Positions 9,517-19,432 are shown, counted from the stretch's first letter. The stretch: 64,000 nucleotides of DNA from an uncultured Gammaproteobacteria bacterium (GCA_964485575.1 CAZAJO010000006.1:8990-72989), one strand, 5' to 3'. Numbers and translations: made by a program. The notes: a model not told the origin generated them from the sequence alone.

Positions 9517-10545
9517 TTAAGGAACCAGAAGTCTCACTCCGGGTATTTTTTTAAGAAGCATTACAAAAAAGAAAGACGCAACAAATAGTACGGTTGCATA
9601 AAAGTACCCGTGAAGTAAGGGAATGCCTTTCAAAACTTCTGACAGTTCAGGTGTGGCAGAATTTAATATCTCAGCTATCAGTCCATGGACTATGTATATC
9701 CCCATACTAGCATTTCCGACACGGGCAATAAATTCTCTTGGTCCTTTCCTTGTTTTTAATTTCAAAAAATAGAAATAAATAAGTAAAAAAACTCCTACCG
9801 AGGTTACTACTATGCTTGGAGCGAAGTAGTCAAAAATATTTTGCCCTTTTGACAAACCCAGCTCTACAAAGGTGAGCGCAATGCCTATTAGTACGAGTCC
9901 AAAGGAGCGTCTTATCAAATTTCTGGGAAGTGACATGTTGGTCAAGAAATATCCCAACATGAAGTATCCAGAATAATATAGAGAGACTGGAACTAGTCCG
10001 GATTCTGAAGCGCTTGGAAAAGTAGTTCCGGTATGAACATATGGAATAACGCTCACAAAGATAAACCAAATAATCATCAGATATACTCTCTGCGTCGTAG
10101 TCATTTGGGGAACAAAAAGTCTTAATATGGGGGTCAGAATATATAACGAAAATATGAGTGGCAAAAACCAAAGTTGGGAGAAAAATGTGAGTTCAAAAAA
10201 GTATTTCCATTGTGGGACATTGGCCGGGTGATATGAGTGCACGTTATAGTTCCATGCCATATATATACAAGTCCACAAAATCCAAGGAACGAGAACTTTA
10301 ACAGCTCTTTTTGAAAAGAAATTCGATATGGATTCTTGTTTTCCAAGTAACAGTGCACCGCTTAGCATGATAAAAAGTGGGACACTCACTTTCACCAAAG
10401 TAAAAGAGACAAGATAGAAAAAAGAGCTACGTATATCAAGTAAATTTGCAGGAAGTGTTGAGGTGTGCACCAACACCACAAGAAAGATAGCAATTACCCG
10501 CATTACATCAACCCACAGCAGTCTTTTGTTTTTCCCCTTTACCAT
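9517..10545 (-). CDS. Acyltransferase family 3 (OafA-like) membrane protein
   Basis: WVDVMRVIAIFLVVLVH, VPLFIMLSGALLL, QLWFL, SMGIYIVH. Start corrected to ATG 10545 because the longer ORF overlaps the opposite-strand gene. Confidence 0.9.
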   Translation of the reverse strand: MVKGKNKRLLWVDVMRVIAIFLVVLVHTSTLPANLLDIRSSFFYLVSFTLVKVSVPLFIMLSGALLLGKQESISNFFSKRAVKVLVPWILWTCIYMAWNYNVHSYHPANVPQWKYFFELTFFSQLWFLPLIFSLYILTPILRLFVPQMTTTQRVYLMIIWFIFVSVIPYVHTGTTFPSASESGLVPVSLYYSGYFMLGYFLTNMSLPRNLIRRSFGLVLIGIALTFVELGLSKGQNIFDYFAPSIVVTSVGVFLLIYFYFLKLKTRKGPREFIARVGNASMGIYIVHGLIAEILNSATPELSEVLKGIPLLHGYFYATVLFVASFFFVMLLKKIPGVRLLVP

Positions 10546-10615
10546 AATTCCGCCTTGAGTATACCACCAACTTACGATAATTTGACTCATTTCAGCTAGT
10601 CTGCTAGTATGGGGT

Positions 10616-11065
10616 ATGAAAAATTTTAGGCAGATTTTTCTTATTGTTGCCATCTTATCTTTTTCATCTTCTATTCCAAGCTTTGCATCTACGGCTACGG
10701 TAAATGTGCAATCCACAACAAACACATCAAGTAATTCAACAACGACAACAACAGGCAATACACATATCAGAATTGAAACAAATGGAGTCGTTAAGGAATG
10801 TGACTCGAAAGATGGGGATTGTACCTACATGGAGTCGGATGATGGATCTTCCAAAGTAAATATAAATAATGGTTCTATAGCAAAGCCTACAAGCGTCTCT
10901 GAAGTCAAAGAAACAGTGACCCCTACTCCTCTTGCATCAAATTCTGCAAAAACAATAATTTCTCAAGAGAAAAAAATTATTCAAGAGCAGGAGGAACATT
11001 CAATTATTCAAGAGATAAAAGATTTCATTAAGGGCATACTTGAATCCCTCAACCTAAAATTTTAG
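10616..11065 (+). CDS. Secreted Ser/Thr-rich hypothetical protein
   Basis: Signal peptide ending SFA, Thr/Ser-rich segments, one Cys pair. Confidence 0.75.
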   Translation: MKNFRQIFLIVAILSFSSSIPSFASTATVNVQSTTNTSSNSTTTTTGNTHIRIETNGVVKECDSKDGDCTYMESDDGSSKVNINNGSIAKPTSVSEVKETVTPTPLASNSAKTIISQEKKIIQEQEEHSIIQEIKDFIKGILESLNLKF

Positions 11066-11127
11066 TACCCACTTTCTCAATTGCTTCACTATTGCTATAC
11101 ACGCTCATTTATCCTATAATGCACTCC

Positions 11128-11982
11128 ATGTTTGAACGTCAGGGAGATTTGTTATCTAAAAATTTGTCCAGAAGAAAATTATTGTGGCTTGCCCCAGGTA
11201 TAGGAGCTGGTGCGTTAGTGGGTTGTGGCGAGGGTAAAAAAGAAATGCTGGTAGGTGTGGATCCCGATCTTGAAGCAGATGAAAATGATAAAGCTATTGC
11301 AAAAGCTGTTTCTTCTTTGAACAAAAAAGGGGTTGTAAGAAATGAAAATGAAGCAAGAATATGGGGAAATGCATCCCCCTCCGGACCATTATTTCTGGAA
11401 AAAGCGGGAGTGCCTATTCAAGAATCTCTCACACGATTTCTCTCCAAGATGGCCACTTCTCAAAATCCTTATTTTAAGAATTCTTCTGCACACGCCCTAG
11501 ACATGATCCAGGCAGGAAAGTTGAAAGTGAACGGTGCAACCATAAGTCCAAGTGGCGCTTATATGAATACAAATACTGTTTATGAACACAGCAGAAACGT
11601 GCCAGTTCACAACCTAACCCTTTTTAGTGATCCACTGTCCTCGATGTCAGAAGCGTATATTGCCATAACTTTTGTTCATGAAATGTTCCACGTAAGAACA
11701 GCACAGCAAAGTTACACTGAGAGTGTTCAAGCTGGTATGCCTATAGATGCTGCTGTTGCAAAAATTGATGCAAAACTTGGAGAGTTTGAGGGATGCAATG
11801 GAGAAGAGGCGCAAGCTTTTGCTGAAGAATGCGAAGCATATTTATATGAGCGTGCTCTAGTTCCGGAGTTAAGGACGCTCGAACACGAAACTTTAGCAGG
11901 AGTTTATCTTAGGGACGGTGCTAATGCTTCAAATAAAGCTTGGAAAGAATATCTTGCGCCCTACAGTGGTTGTCGCGGTTAA
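11128..11982 (+). CDS. Twin-arginine-motif lipoprotein with HExxH metallopeptidase-like motif
   Basis: SRRKLL...GALVGC lipobox; FVHEMFH with downstream EEAQA. Start ATG 11128 follows TATAAT 11115-11120. Confidence 0.6.
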   Translation: MFERQGDLLSKNLSRRKLLWLAPGIGAGALVGCGEGKKEMLVGVDPDLEADENDKAIAKAVSSLNKKGVVRNENEARIWGNASPSGPLFLEKAGVPIQESLTRFLSKMATSQNPYFKNSSAHALDMIQAGKLKVNGATISPSGAYMNTNTVYEHSRNVPVHNLTLFSDPLSSMSEAYIAITFVHEMFHVRTAQQSYTESVQAGMPIDAAVAKIDAKLGEFEGCNGEEAQAFAEECEAYLYERALVPELRTLEHETLAGVYLRDGANASNKAWKEYLAPYSGCRG

Positions 11983-11983
11983 A

Positions 11984-13192
11984 TCACTTTTTCTTTTGGA
12001 CAATATAGATTTGTCCACTTTTGTCATCCGATATAAATAGATTTCCTCTCTTATCAAACGCAAGGCCAACAGGGCGGCCTAGACTCGTATCTTTAAATAT
12101 TCCAGGGTTAAATCCAGTCATAAAATCTTCAGATCCGGTGATAGTGTTTCCTCTCACGGTAAGATGAACCACTTTATAACCGATTGCAATCGTTCTATTC
12201 CATGACCCGTGTAAAGCAACCAAAAGATCTCCTTGCCACTCTTCTGGAAACTGCGTGGAATTTATGAATGCAAGTCCAAGAGGGGCTGAATGCGCCGGTA
12301 TTTCATAGATAGGTGAAATAGTATTTGCGCAAGGATTTACTTTTCCTTTATCGAAATTTGTGTCGTGGATTCTTATGCCATAGCACTTTGGCCAACCATA
12401 ATCATTCATCGCTCTTACAATATTTATCTCATCAGGGGGAGTATCGTCTCCCAGGTTGTCACGACCCATCTCTGTTGCCCATAGCTCTTTAGAAACAGGA
12501 TTTAGAGCTAAAAATGCTGCATTTCGAAGACCTGTTGCAAAAACTGTCGGAGTTTTGCCATTAAAATCTGATTTAAGGACGGAACCCCCTTTTGTTGGTG
12601 GCTCATTACAAACATTGCACGTGGATCCAAGAGAAACAAACATGTTGCCCTCTTCGTCAAAAACAATGCTCCTATTGTTGTGATTGCCGTTTTGGGGAAG
12701 TGAAAACAAAACGGGTCCTCTGGTAGCAGTCGTTCGTGCCTCATCCCATCCATACTTCACGACACTATCCACATTTGCCACAAAAAGTTCCCCATTGTGC
12801 ATAGCAAGTCCATGGACATGATTTTCTGATGTTATTACCGTCTTATTTTCATCGGCTATTCCGTCCCGATTCTTGTCTGGAAGTGCAACAACTGAATTTT
12901 GGGTTGGATTTGAAACAAGAAGAGTCCCCTCGGGGGTAAAAAGGAGGGATCTTGGATTGCCTAAATCTCTTGCAAAGACATGGACTATGTATCCATTTGG
13001 CAAAGAAAAAGGAATAAGTGGAGTTTCCCCTTGAGAGATGGGGTTATCTTCCACCATGACGTTTTTTGACTGTAACGACTTATCCGTACTACCCTCAAAG
13101 ATATTTCTTACAAAATCATAAGAGGCAAACAGAAGGAGTATTGCGACAATTCCTAAAACTACTATTTTCCAAATTTTTTTAAATTTAATCAT
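11984..13192 (-). CDS. PQQ-dependent sugar/sorbosone dehydrogenase family protein
   Basis: N-terminal TM; VSLGSTCNVC, FATGLRN, EMGRDNLGDDTPPDEIN, YGWP, AHSAPLGLAF, ALHGSWNR, GRPVGL. Confidence 0.9.
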   Translation of the reverse strand: MIKFKKIWKIVVLGIVAILLLFASYDFVRNIFEGSTDKSLQSKNVMVEDNPISQGETPLIPFSLPNGYIVHVFARDLGNPRSLLFTPEGTLLVSNPTQNSVVALPDKNRDGIADENKTVITSENHVHGLAMHNGELFVANVDSVVKYGWDEARTTATRGPVLFSLPQNGNHNNRSIVFDEEGNMFVSLGSTCNVCNEPPTKGGSVLKSDFNGKTPTVFATGLRNAAFLALNPVSKELWATEMGRDNLGDDTPPDEINIVRAMNDYGWPKCYGIRIHDTNFDKGKVNPCANTISPIYEIPAHSAPLGLAFINSTQFPEEWQGDLLVALHGSWNRTIAIGYKVVHLTVRGNTITGSEDFMTGFNPGIFKDTSLGRPVGLAFDKRGNLFISDDKSGQIYIVQKKK

Positions 13193-13568
13193 GAAGTACG
13201 GGAGGCAGCTTTTCATCAATCGGATAAAACCGGATTGATAATGAATTTACGCAGTGCCTTGTATTTTTTTGGGTCAACTCCTCTCCTTCAAAAACATGAC
13301 CTAGATGAGCATCGCAGTTGGCACATCTTATTTCAGTCCTATGACCATCTTCGTCTGTGATTCTCTTGACTGCGTCAGGGTAATTTTCATCGAATGCTGG
13401 CCATCCGCAACCGGCGTCAAATTTAGTCTTGGATGAAAAAAGAGGTGAGTTGCATCTCCTGCAGACAAAAACTCCATCCTTAAAAAAATCGTCATACTCA
13501 CCGGAAAATGGACGCTCGGTACCTTTATGTACGATGACATCCTCTTCCTCCTGTGTTAACGTGTTCAT
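13185..13568 (-). CDS. msrB: Peptide-methionine (R)-S-oxide reductase
   Basis: GTERPFSG, CRRC, KFDAGCGWPAF, RTEIRCANCDAHLGHVF, RHCVNS. Confidence 0.96.
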   Translation of the reverse strand: MNTLTQEEEDVIVHKGTERPFSGEYDDFFKDGVFVCRRCNSPLFSSKTKFDAGCGWPAFDENYPDAVKRITDEDGHRTEIRCANCDAHLGHVFEGEELTQKNTRHCVNSLSIRFYPIDEKLPPVLHD

Positions 13569-13580
13569 TAATCCATCTTA

Positions 13581-13895
13581 CTATTCCTTTGTTTTGATTT
13601 CCAGTTTGATCAAACTATCTACATGGATATTTTTACTCTTAATTGTCCCCGAAGGTAGCTCCAAAACGTGACTTAATATTGGATTCCATATAAAAATTCT
13701 GTAAGGCTTTAAATTTTCCTTCATTTTTCTTACTTTTCCCTTGTCATCTAAAATCAATACATCGATTGGGAATTTCATAAAAAAAGTGTGAATTCCCCAT
13801 CTAGTCTTAAAATAAACCGCCTGTGGTTCTTTTGCACCTAAAAGCCCTACGCATGCTTCTAAAAATCCAGAAAGTTTTCTTACTTTAATTTCCAT
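13581..13895 (-). CDS. DUF192 family protein
   Basis: IHTFFMKFPIDVLILD...VLELPSG. Confidence 0.85.
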   Translation of the reverse strand: MEIKVRKLSGFLEACVGLLGAKEPQAVYFKTRWGIHTFFMKFPIDVLILDDKGKVRKMKENLKPYRIFIWNPILSHVLELPSGTIKSKNIHVDSLIKLEIKTKE

Positions 13896-13951
13896 ATCTT
13901 TATATTACCAACTTCTAGCTTATAGCTGTTAGCTAATATATAATATAGGAT

Positions 13952-14914
13952 ATGGCACTTATAGATGACGTTCACATAACAGTGAAAGCCGGCGATGGTG
14001 GAAATGGCGGAACTGCTAAAAAACAAATGTTTGGAAGCAAAAAAACTGCTCCTGATGGAGGCAATGGGGGAACCGGTGGAAATGTATATTTTAAAGGGGA
14101 CTCCAATATTTCAGACCTTTCCCAATTCCAGTTCATGAAGATGATCAGAGCTGAAAATGGGGTTAATGGTTTGAATAAGGATCTTGATGGGGCTAAGGGT
14201 GAGGATGTTACCGTCCTTGTTCCTTTTGGAACTACGGTACGGGATGAGGATACCGGTGAGTGGGTTGAGATACTTACAGACCTTCCCTTTGCTGTTGCTC
14301 ACGGTGGAACAGGCGGAATGGGAAATCATGACTACAAGCCGGAACTTAAGAAATTTGAGAGCCGCAAATTTGAAGGGGAAAAGGGAGAGGAACGGAAGCT
14401 TCATCTGGTTCTAAATATGATTGCCGACATAGGTCTTGTAGGACTTCCAAACGCTGGAAAAAGCTCCCTTCTCAAAGCCCTTACCAACGCTGTACCAAAA
14501 ATAGGGAATTATCCTTTCACAACACTTGAACCAAATCTTGGTGCGCTTGGCAACATCATTCTTGCCGATATTCCGGGGCTCATTGAGGGTGCATCAAAGG
14601 GCCGTGGGCTTGGGATACAATTCTTAAAACATATTAAAAAGACTAAAGTCCTTCTTCATTGCATAGACGCTAGTGAAGAGGACGTGTCTAGTATTTATAA
14701 AACTGTCCGTGAAGAGTTTGGAGAGTTTGACAGCAGTCTTCTTGAGAAAGATGAGGTTGTGCTTTTGACTAAAGTTGATCTGGTTGATAAAAGTACGGTA
14801 GATACAAAACTTAAGGAGTTAAAAAAGCTTAACAAGAAGGTTTTTGCAATATCAATATATGACGAAAATAGCCTCGAAAATTTAAAAAAAATCATTACTC
14901 AAGTTCAAAAATAA
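13952..14914 (+). CDS. obg: Obg family GTPase
   Basis: Gly-rich Obg fold (AGDGGNGG, PDGGNGGTGGNV), G1 GLPNAGKSS, G2 YPFTTLEPN, G3 DIPG, G4 TKVD. Confidence 0.93.
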   Translation: MALIDDVHITVKAGDGGNGGTAKKQMFGSKKTAPDGGNGGTGGNVYFKGDSNISDLSQFQFMKMIRAENGVNGLNKDLDGAKGEDVTVLVPFGTTVRDEDTGEWVEILTDLPFAVAHGGTGGMGNHDYKPELKKFESRKFEGEKGEERKLHLVLNMIADIGLVGLPNAGKSSLLKALTNAVPKIGNYPFTTLEPNLGALGNIILADIPGLIEGASKGRGLGIQFLKHIKKTKVLLHCIDASEEDVSSIYKTVREEFGEFDSSLLEKDEVVLLTKVDLVDKSTVDTKLKELKKLNKKVFAISIYDENSLENLKKIITQVQK

Positions 14915-14937
14915 AACATTTCGTGGTACAATAGAGT

Positions 14938-15360
14938 GTGGCAAATAAAAACGACTTAAGTCTTATAATCCTTACCTACAAAAATAAAGTATTGTTAAGG
15001 CTTCACAACACAGATCCTCTTGCGCTTAGCATACAATCAAATTCCAAAAAGAATGTCTGGAGTTTTTTAAGTGTTTCCCGGGAAAAAAATAAAACTTTAA
15101 AAACTTCCATCATCGCAAAATTGGAAAGAGAAACGGGGATAAAACTTGACGGAGCTACTCTTCTCTTGGATTCGGTAACGGATGTTAATAATAAGCATTT
15201 TTTTCACGCTTCATTAAACGACGACAATGTGAACAGTATGCATAGGGAAGATGGTGAGACTCTTCAATTTTTTGCTCTTAAAGAACTAACACAACTCAAT
15301 TTAACCGTTTCGACTAAATCCTTTATCGAAAACAACAGCTCCATGATACAAGGTCTGTAG
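14938..15360 (+). CDS. Degenerate NUDIX-fold protein
   Basis: KVLLRL..., WSFL...AKLERETGIKL (degenerate Nudix box), EDGETLQFF. Confidence 0.55.
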   Translation: MANKNDLSLIILTYKNKVLLRLHNTDPLALSIQSNSKKNVWSFLSVSREKNKTLKTSIIAKLERETGIKLDGATLLLDSVTDVNNKHFFHASLNDDNVNSMHREDGETLQFFALKELTQLNLTVSTKSFIENNSSMIQGL

Positions 15361-15415
15361 TCGCCCAACTTTTTTATTCAGTGAAATTTAAGTATTACGA
15401 GGTTATAATGCCACT

Positions 15416-16087
15416 ATGCGTATACTTCTCATCGAAGATGAACATAAGATAGCAAATTCCATTAAAAAGGGTTTAGAGCAGGAGTCTTATGCTGTCGATG
15501 TAGCTTATGATGGTACAAAAGGTTACGATTATGCCTCAACTGAAGAATATGATGCGATAGTTCTTGACCGTCTTTTACCGGGAATTGACGGGCTTACGAT
15601 CTGTAAAAAGCTACGCGCTTCATCAATACACACTCCTATTCTTATGCTAACCGCCCGTGGGGAGATATCTGAGCGTGTCGAAGGCCTTAATAGTGGCGCT
15701 GATGATTATCTTTCTAAGCCTTTTGCATTTATTGAATTACTAGCGCGGATAAGAGCTCTTATTAGAAGACCAAAATCTTCATTGGGTTCACACTTACAGG
15801 TTGCCGACCTGATCCTCAATCCCGTCACTTATAGAGTTGAAAGAGATGGTATTGTGATCTCTCTTTCAAATAAGGAATTTTCCCTTTTAGAATACCTGAT
15901 GCGTCATAAAGGAACTATCATCAAAAAAGACCAGATAATAAATCATGTTTGGAGCTATGATGCGGATGTTCTCCCTAATTCTGTTGAGGTTTATATAACT
16001 CATCTGAGAAATAAGATAGACAAACCCTTTCCAAATTCAAAAAATCTCATCTCAACCATCCGAGGTTTTGGGTATAAAATCGAATAG
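15416..16087 (+). CDS. OmpR-family response regulator
   Basis: ILLIEDE, VLDRLLPGIDG, GADDYLSKPF, winged helix ending TIRGFGY. Confidence 0.95.
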   Translation: MRILLIEDEHKIANSIKKGLEQESYAVDVAYDGTKGYDYASTEEYDAIVLDRLLPGIDGLTICKKLRASSIHTPILMLTARGEISERVEGLNSGADDYLSKPFAFIELLARIRALIRRPKSSLGSHLQVADLILNPVTYRVERDGIVISLSNKEFSLLEYLMRHKGTIIKKDQIINHVWSYDADVLPNSVEVYITHLRNKIDKPFPNSKNLISTIRGFGYKIE

Positions 16088-16089
16088 CT

Positions 16090-17097
16090 ATGTTCCACTC
16101 AACTCGCCTCAAATTAACCGCCTGGTACCTCATTATCATAGTTTTTATTAGCATGGTTTTTAGCGTCGTTATCTATATAGATGTCAATCGTGAGTTGGAA
16201 AGATTCGAAAATTTCCAAAAAATCCGTCAGGAAAGGATGAAGGAAGACTTTGGAGAATTAAAACTTCCCCCGATGAGTCTTGCTGTTGATATGCAACTAA
16301 TACGGGAAGCCAGAGCTCGGCTCATTGCAAGCCTTGCAATTCTTAATGCATGTATATTTGCAGGATCCGGGGTTGCAGGTTACTTCTTAGCGGGAAGAAC
16401 GTTAAAACCTATCAAGGACATGCTTGATGACCAGTCGCGTTTCGTTGGCGATGCTTCTCATGAACTAAAGACTCCTTTGACATCACTCCGTTCGGAAATA
16501 GAAGTTCATCTTAGATCCAAAAAAAGTACATTAAAGGAAGCGAATGAAATATTAAAAAGTAATCTCGAGGAAGTGATGCGTCTGCAAAGCCTTACAGACA
16601 GTCTCATGGAGTTGACGTCATTTGAAAGCGCTGGGTTGAGCTCAAGTTTTGAGAAAGTATTACTTTCAGATATCCTCATGGAAGCAATAAAGAATGTGGA
16701 GCCCATGGCCAAAGCAAAGAAGATAGAAATCGTAAATAGAGCTGTCAAGATGAAAATAATGGGGAATGAAAGAAGTCTTGTCAGACTGTTTACGATCCTT
16801 CTTGATAACGCAATCAAATATAGCACGAGAAGTAAGAGAGTGACCCTTACTTCCGGTATTTTGGATGAGGTGATGTATGTAAAAGTTACGGATCAAGGAA
16901 TAGGAATTGATAGCTCAGAGATTGATAAGGTGTTTAACAGATTTTATAGGATAGATAAATCCAGAAACTCTCTTTCAGTTCCAGGGTACGGGCTTGGTCT
17001 ATCTATCGCTCGAGAAATTACTCAAAGACATGGAGGAAATATATCAGTCAAAAGTAGCACTAAGGGGTCGGTTTTCACCATTGAATTTCCAGTTTGA
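16090..17097 (+). CDS. Membrane sensor histidine kinase
   Basis: Two TM helices, H-box DASHELKTPL, N-box LLDNAIKY, DQGIG, FYR, GYGLGLSI. Confidence 0.95.
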   Translation: MFHSTRLKLTAWYLIIIVFISMVFSVVIYIDVNRELERFENFQKIRQERMKEDFGELKLPPMSLAVDMQLIREARARLIASLAILNACIFAGSGVAGYFLAGRTLKPIKDMLDDQSRFVGDASHELKTPLTSLRSEIEVHLRSKKSTLKEANEILKSNLEEVMRLQSLTDSLMELTSFESAGLSSSFEKVLLSDILMEAIKNVEPMAKAKKIEIVNRAVKMKIMGNERSLVRLFTILLDNAIKYSTRSKRVTLTSGILDEVMYVKVTDQGIGIDSSEIDKVFNRFYRIDKSRNSLSVPGYGLGLSIAREITQRHGGNISVKSSTKGSVFTIEFPV

Positions 17098-17116
17098 TCT
17101 ATGAGATGCTACTTGT

Positions 17117-17455
17117 ATGGAGCAGAAATTTTGTCCAATTTGTAAATTTGGCATCATTGACGGTTATATTTTTTGCCCACATTGCGGTGCAAAATTAAAA
17201 GACGTTCAATTCGAAATCTCGATAGGAAAGCAGATTGGCATTTACCTTCTGAGTTTTTTTCTACCCCCTCTTGGATTGTTCCCCGGTATCAAATTGCTTA
17301 AAAATCCTGACGACAAAGCAAAACATGTTGGACTTGTCGCGATTTTTTTGACTATACTTGCAACTATATTGACTATCTGGGCAACAATAGGATTTGTAAA
17401 TAGCGTCAACAGAACATTAAATCAACAAATAAACATTCAACAGTTAGGATATTGA
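17117..17455 (+). CDS. Zinc-ribbon membrane protein
   Basis: CPIC...FCPHCG followed by two TM helices. Confidence 0.8.
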   Translation: MEQKFCPICKFGIIDGYIFCPHCGAKLKDVQFEISIGKQIGIYLLSFFLPPLGLFPGIKLLKNPDDKAKHVGLVAIFLTILATILTIWATIGFVNSVNRTLNQQINIQQLGY

Positions 17456-17474
17456 CGTGCTAAAATAGATATCT

Positions 17475-18629
17475 GTGCAGATATATTCTTCTTTGGAAAA
17501 ACAGAAAAAGCCCTTTGTCCCTCTTTCCGACAAGAAAGTTTCTTTGTATGTATGTGGGATAACTCCATATGATACAACACACCTTGGACACGCTTTTCTA
17601 TACATGTTTTTTGATGTGGTGAAGCGTTACTTTGAGTATCTGAAGTTTGCCGTGAATTACACACAAAATGTGACTGATATTGATGACGACCTTCTAAATC
17701 GTGCTAAAAAAGAGCATATTGACTGGAAAGAACTGGGTGAGAGGTGGACGAAGAAATACCTTAATGATCTTATTGCTCTAAACATTGCTACTCCCACAAA
17801 TTACATAAAAGCGACGGATTCAATAACTGAAATCATTGAAATCGTATCGCATTTACAAACACATGGATTTGCGTATGAAGTGGATGGTACTGTATATTTT
17901 GAAGTTGCAAAATATAAACCGTATGGAGAGCTTTCGGCTTACTCCTATGATGAGATGATTATTCTTTCAAAAGAAAGGGGTGCGGATCCTGACGATCCCA
18001 AGAAGAGAAACAAATTGGATTTTATTCTTTGGCAGAAAGCAGCCGTTGAAGAACCGTCGTGGGACAGTCCATGGAGTAAAGGTAGACCCGGTTGGCACAT
18101 TGAGTGCTCGGCGATGATCCATAAGACTTTGGGACTCCAGATAGATATTCATGGAGGGGGATTTGATCTGATTTACCCACATCACGAATCAGAAATCGCT
18201 CAAAGCGAGTCATTTACCGGAAAAAAGCCCTTTGTAGGATATTGGATGCATGCAGGGATGCTCAGGTACAAAAAAGAAAAAATGTCGAAATCATTGGGAA
18301 ATCTCATATTGATTAACGACCTCCTTTTTAAGAATTCACAAAATGCAATCCGGTGGATGCTATTATCTCACCACTACCGGTACGAGTGGGAATATTTTGA
18401 TCATATGATAGGAGATTCTCAAGGAGAGGTAGACAGTCTCTTGAAAATGATTGAATCTGATTTGAAGTTTGACGAAAACCTAAAATTACTTGAAGAATTT
18501 GAGGCACATATGAACGATGATTTTAATACGCCAGATGTGCTTTCTATGCTGAAAGAGGCATCCAAAGACCCAAAAAATTCATCAACAATCAAAGAAATCA
18601 TGAAAACGTTAGGATTTGTGGTACAGTAA
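17475..18629 (+). CDS. Cysteine--tRNA ligase-family protein, short MshC-like form lacking the anticodon-binding domain
   Basis: YVCGITPYDTTHLGH, NVTDIDD, ERGADPD, GRPGWHIECS, GGGFDLIYPHHE, KMSKS. Ends about 30 aa after DDFNTP (384 aa). Confidence 0.85.
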   Translation: MQIYSSLEKQKKPFVPLSDKKVSLYVCGITPYDTTHLGHAFLYMFFDVVKRYFEYLKFAVNYTQNVTDIDDDLLNRAKKEHIDWKELGERWTKKYLNDLIALNIATPTNYIKATDSITEIIEIVSHLQTHGFAYEVDGTVYFEVAKYKPYGELSAYSYDEMIILSKERGADPDDPKKRNKLDFILWQKAAVEEPSWDSPWSKGRPGWHIECSAMIHKTLGLQIDIHGGGFDLIYPHHESEIAQSESFTGKKPFVGYWMHAGMLRYKKEKMSKSLGNLILINDLLFKNSQNAIRWMLLSHHYRYEWEYFDHMIGDSQGEVDSLLKMIESDLKFDENLKLLEEFEAHMNDDFNTPDVLSMLKEASKDPKNSSTIKEIMKTLGFVVQ

Positions 18630-18633
18630 GAAT

Positions 18634-19392
18634 ATGGAGTTTCCTGCAGGTTCAAAAAGAATTTATCCAACTCTTACTATTCCTCGAAATACACTTCCTT
18701 CCCGGTTCTATGCTTTTCCTATTGTTGGAGGATTGGTAAAACTGATACTTCTAATACCTGCAATCATATTTCTTTCTGTTCTTAGTTTTGTTTGGCAAGT
18801 TACCGTATTTTTAAATGCTTTTGTCGTTCTTTTTACCGGGAGATAATGGAGAACATCAGTTGAGCTGTGTGACTTTTACAACAAGTATACATAAAAAACA
18901 ACACTAAATATTTAGGGAGTAAAAAATAAATATCCGGGATTTAATTCAAACATCGAGGATAAATTTTCGATAACGATACCCTTCCCCACTACTCCAAATA
19001 GAATGTACGCGTTTCCCCTCTTTGGGATATTCGTAAGATTCATCATCATGATTCCTTTCATGTTTTGGTATGGGGTCGTATATTATGGCTATTTTTTCTT
19101 ATCAGCCCTATCTTCTTTTTCAGTACTTTTTAAAGGCTACTTTCCTGAGAGTACGCATGAGATGATCGTGGATGGACTTAGACTTGGATTTTCACTAAAT
19201 CTATACTTTGCTGGGATTTCAGATACAGTACCTAGCTATAAAATTTCCATGAATCACAAAGCTATCAAAATTTTTGCTTTGATAATAGGACTTCTCTATC
19301 TTCTTTTTTCAAATGTGACTAGCTCAAACAGCGATAAATACAATAAGCCTTCCAATCAACAACCCACAAACGAAAGACCGTACTCCTCATAA
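18634..19392 (+). pseudogene. DUF4389-like duplicated membrane protein with three in-frame stops
   Basis: ORFs 18634-18846 and 19003-19392 share one frame. Stops at TAA 18844, TAA 18892 and TAG 18913. The two halves are internal repeats (RFYAFPIVGGLVKLILLIP / RMYAFPLFGIFVRFIIMIP). Confidence 0.75.
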
Positions 19393-19403
19393 CCTATAGT
19401 TTT

Positions 19404-19432
19404 TTGCTTACTGGAACATAATAGTGTATAAT
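19404..19432 (+). promoter_or_regulatory. Sigma70-type promoter of the DEAD-box helicase
   Basis: TTGCTT-17 bp-TATAAT, implying a leader of about 140 nt. Confidence 0.55.

Noticed and set aside
10546-10758. N-terminal extension of the acyltransferase ORF
   Set aside because: It overlaps the opposite-strand secreted protein; family similarity begins at Met 10545.
13952-14914. Obg as a novel paralog because of its short, divergent N-terminal loops
   Set aside because: All G motifs and the Gly-rich fold are present; divergence alone is expected here and cannot be judged without the whole genome.
18841-18925. Stop-codon reassignment as the cause of the in-frame stops
   Set aside because: TAA, TAG and TGA all terminate well-recognised genes in this window, and no other gene shows read-through.
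18634-19392. Diversity-generating retroelement call
   Set aside because: No reverse transcriptase and no TR/VR nucleotide repeat pair in the window; kept only as an alternative hypothesis.
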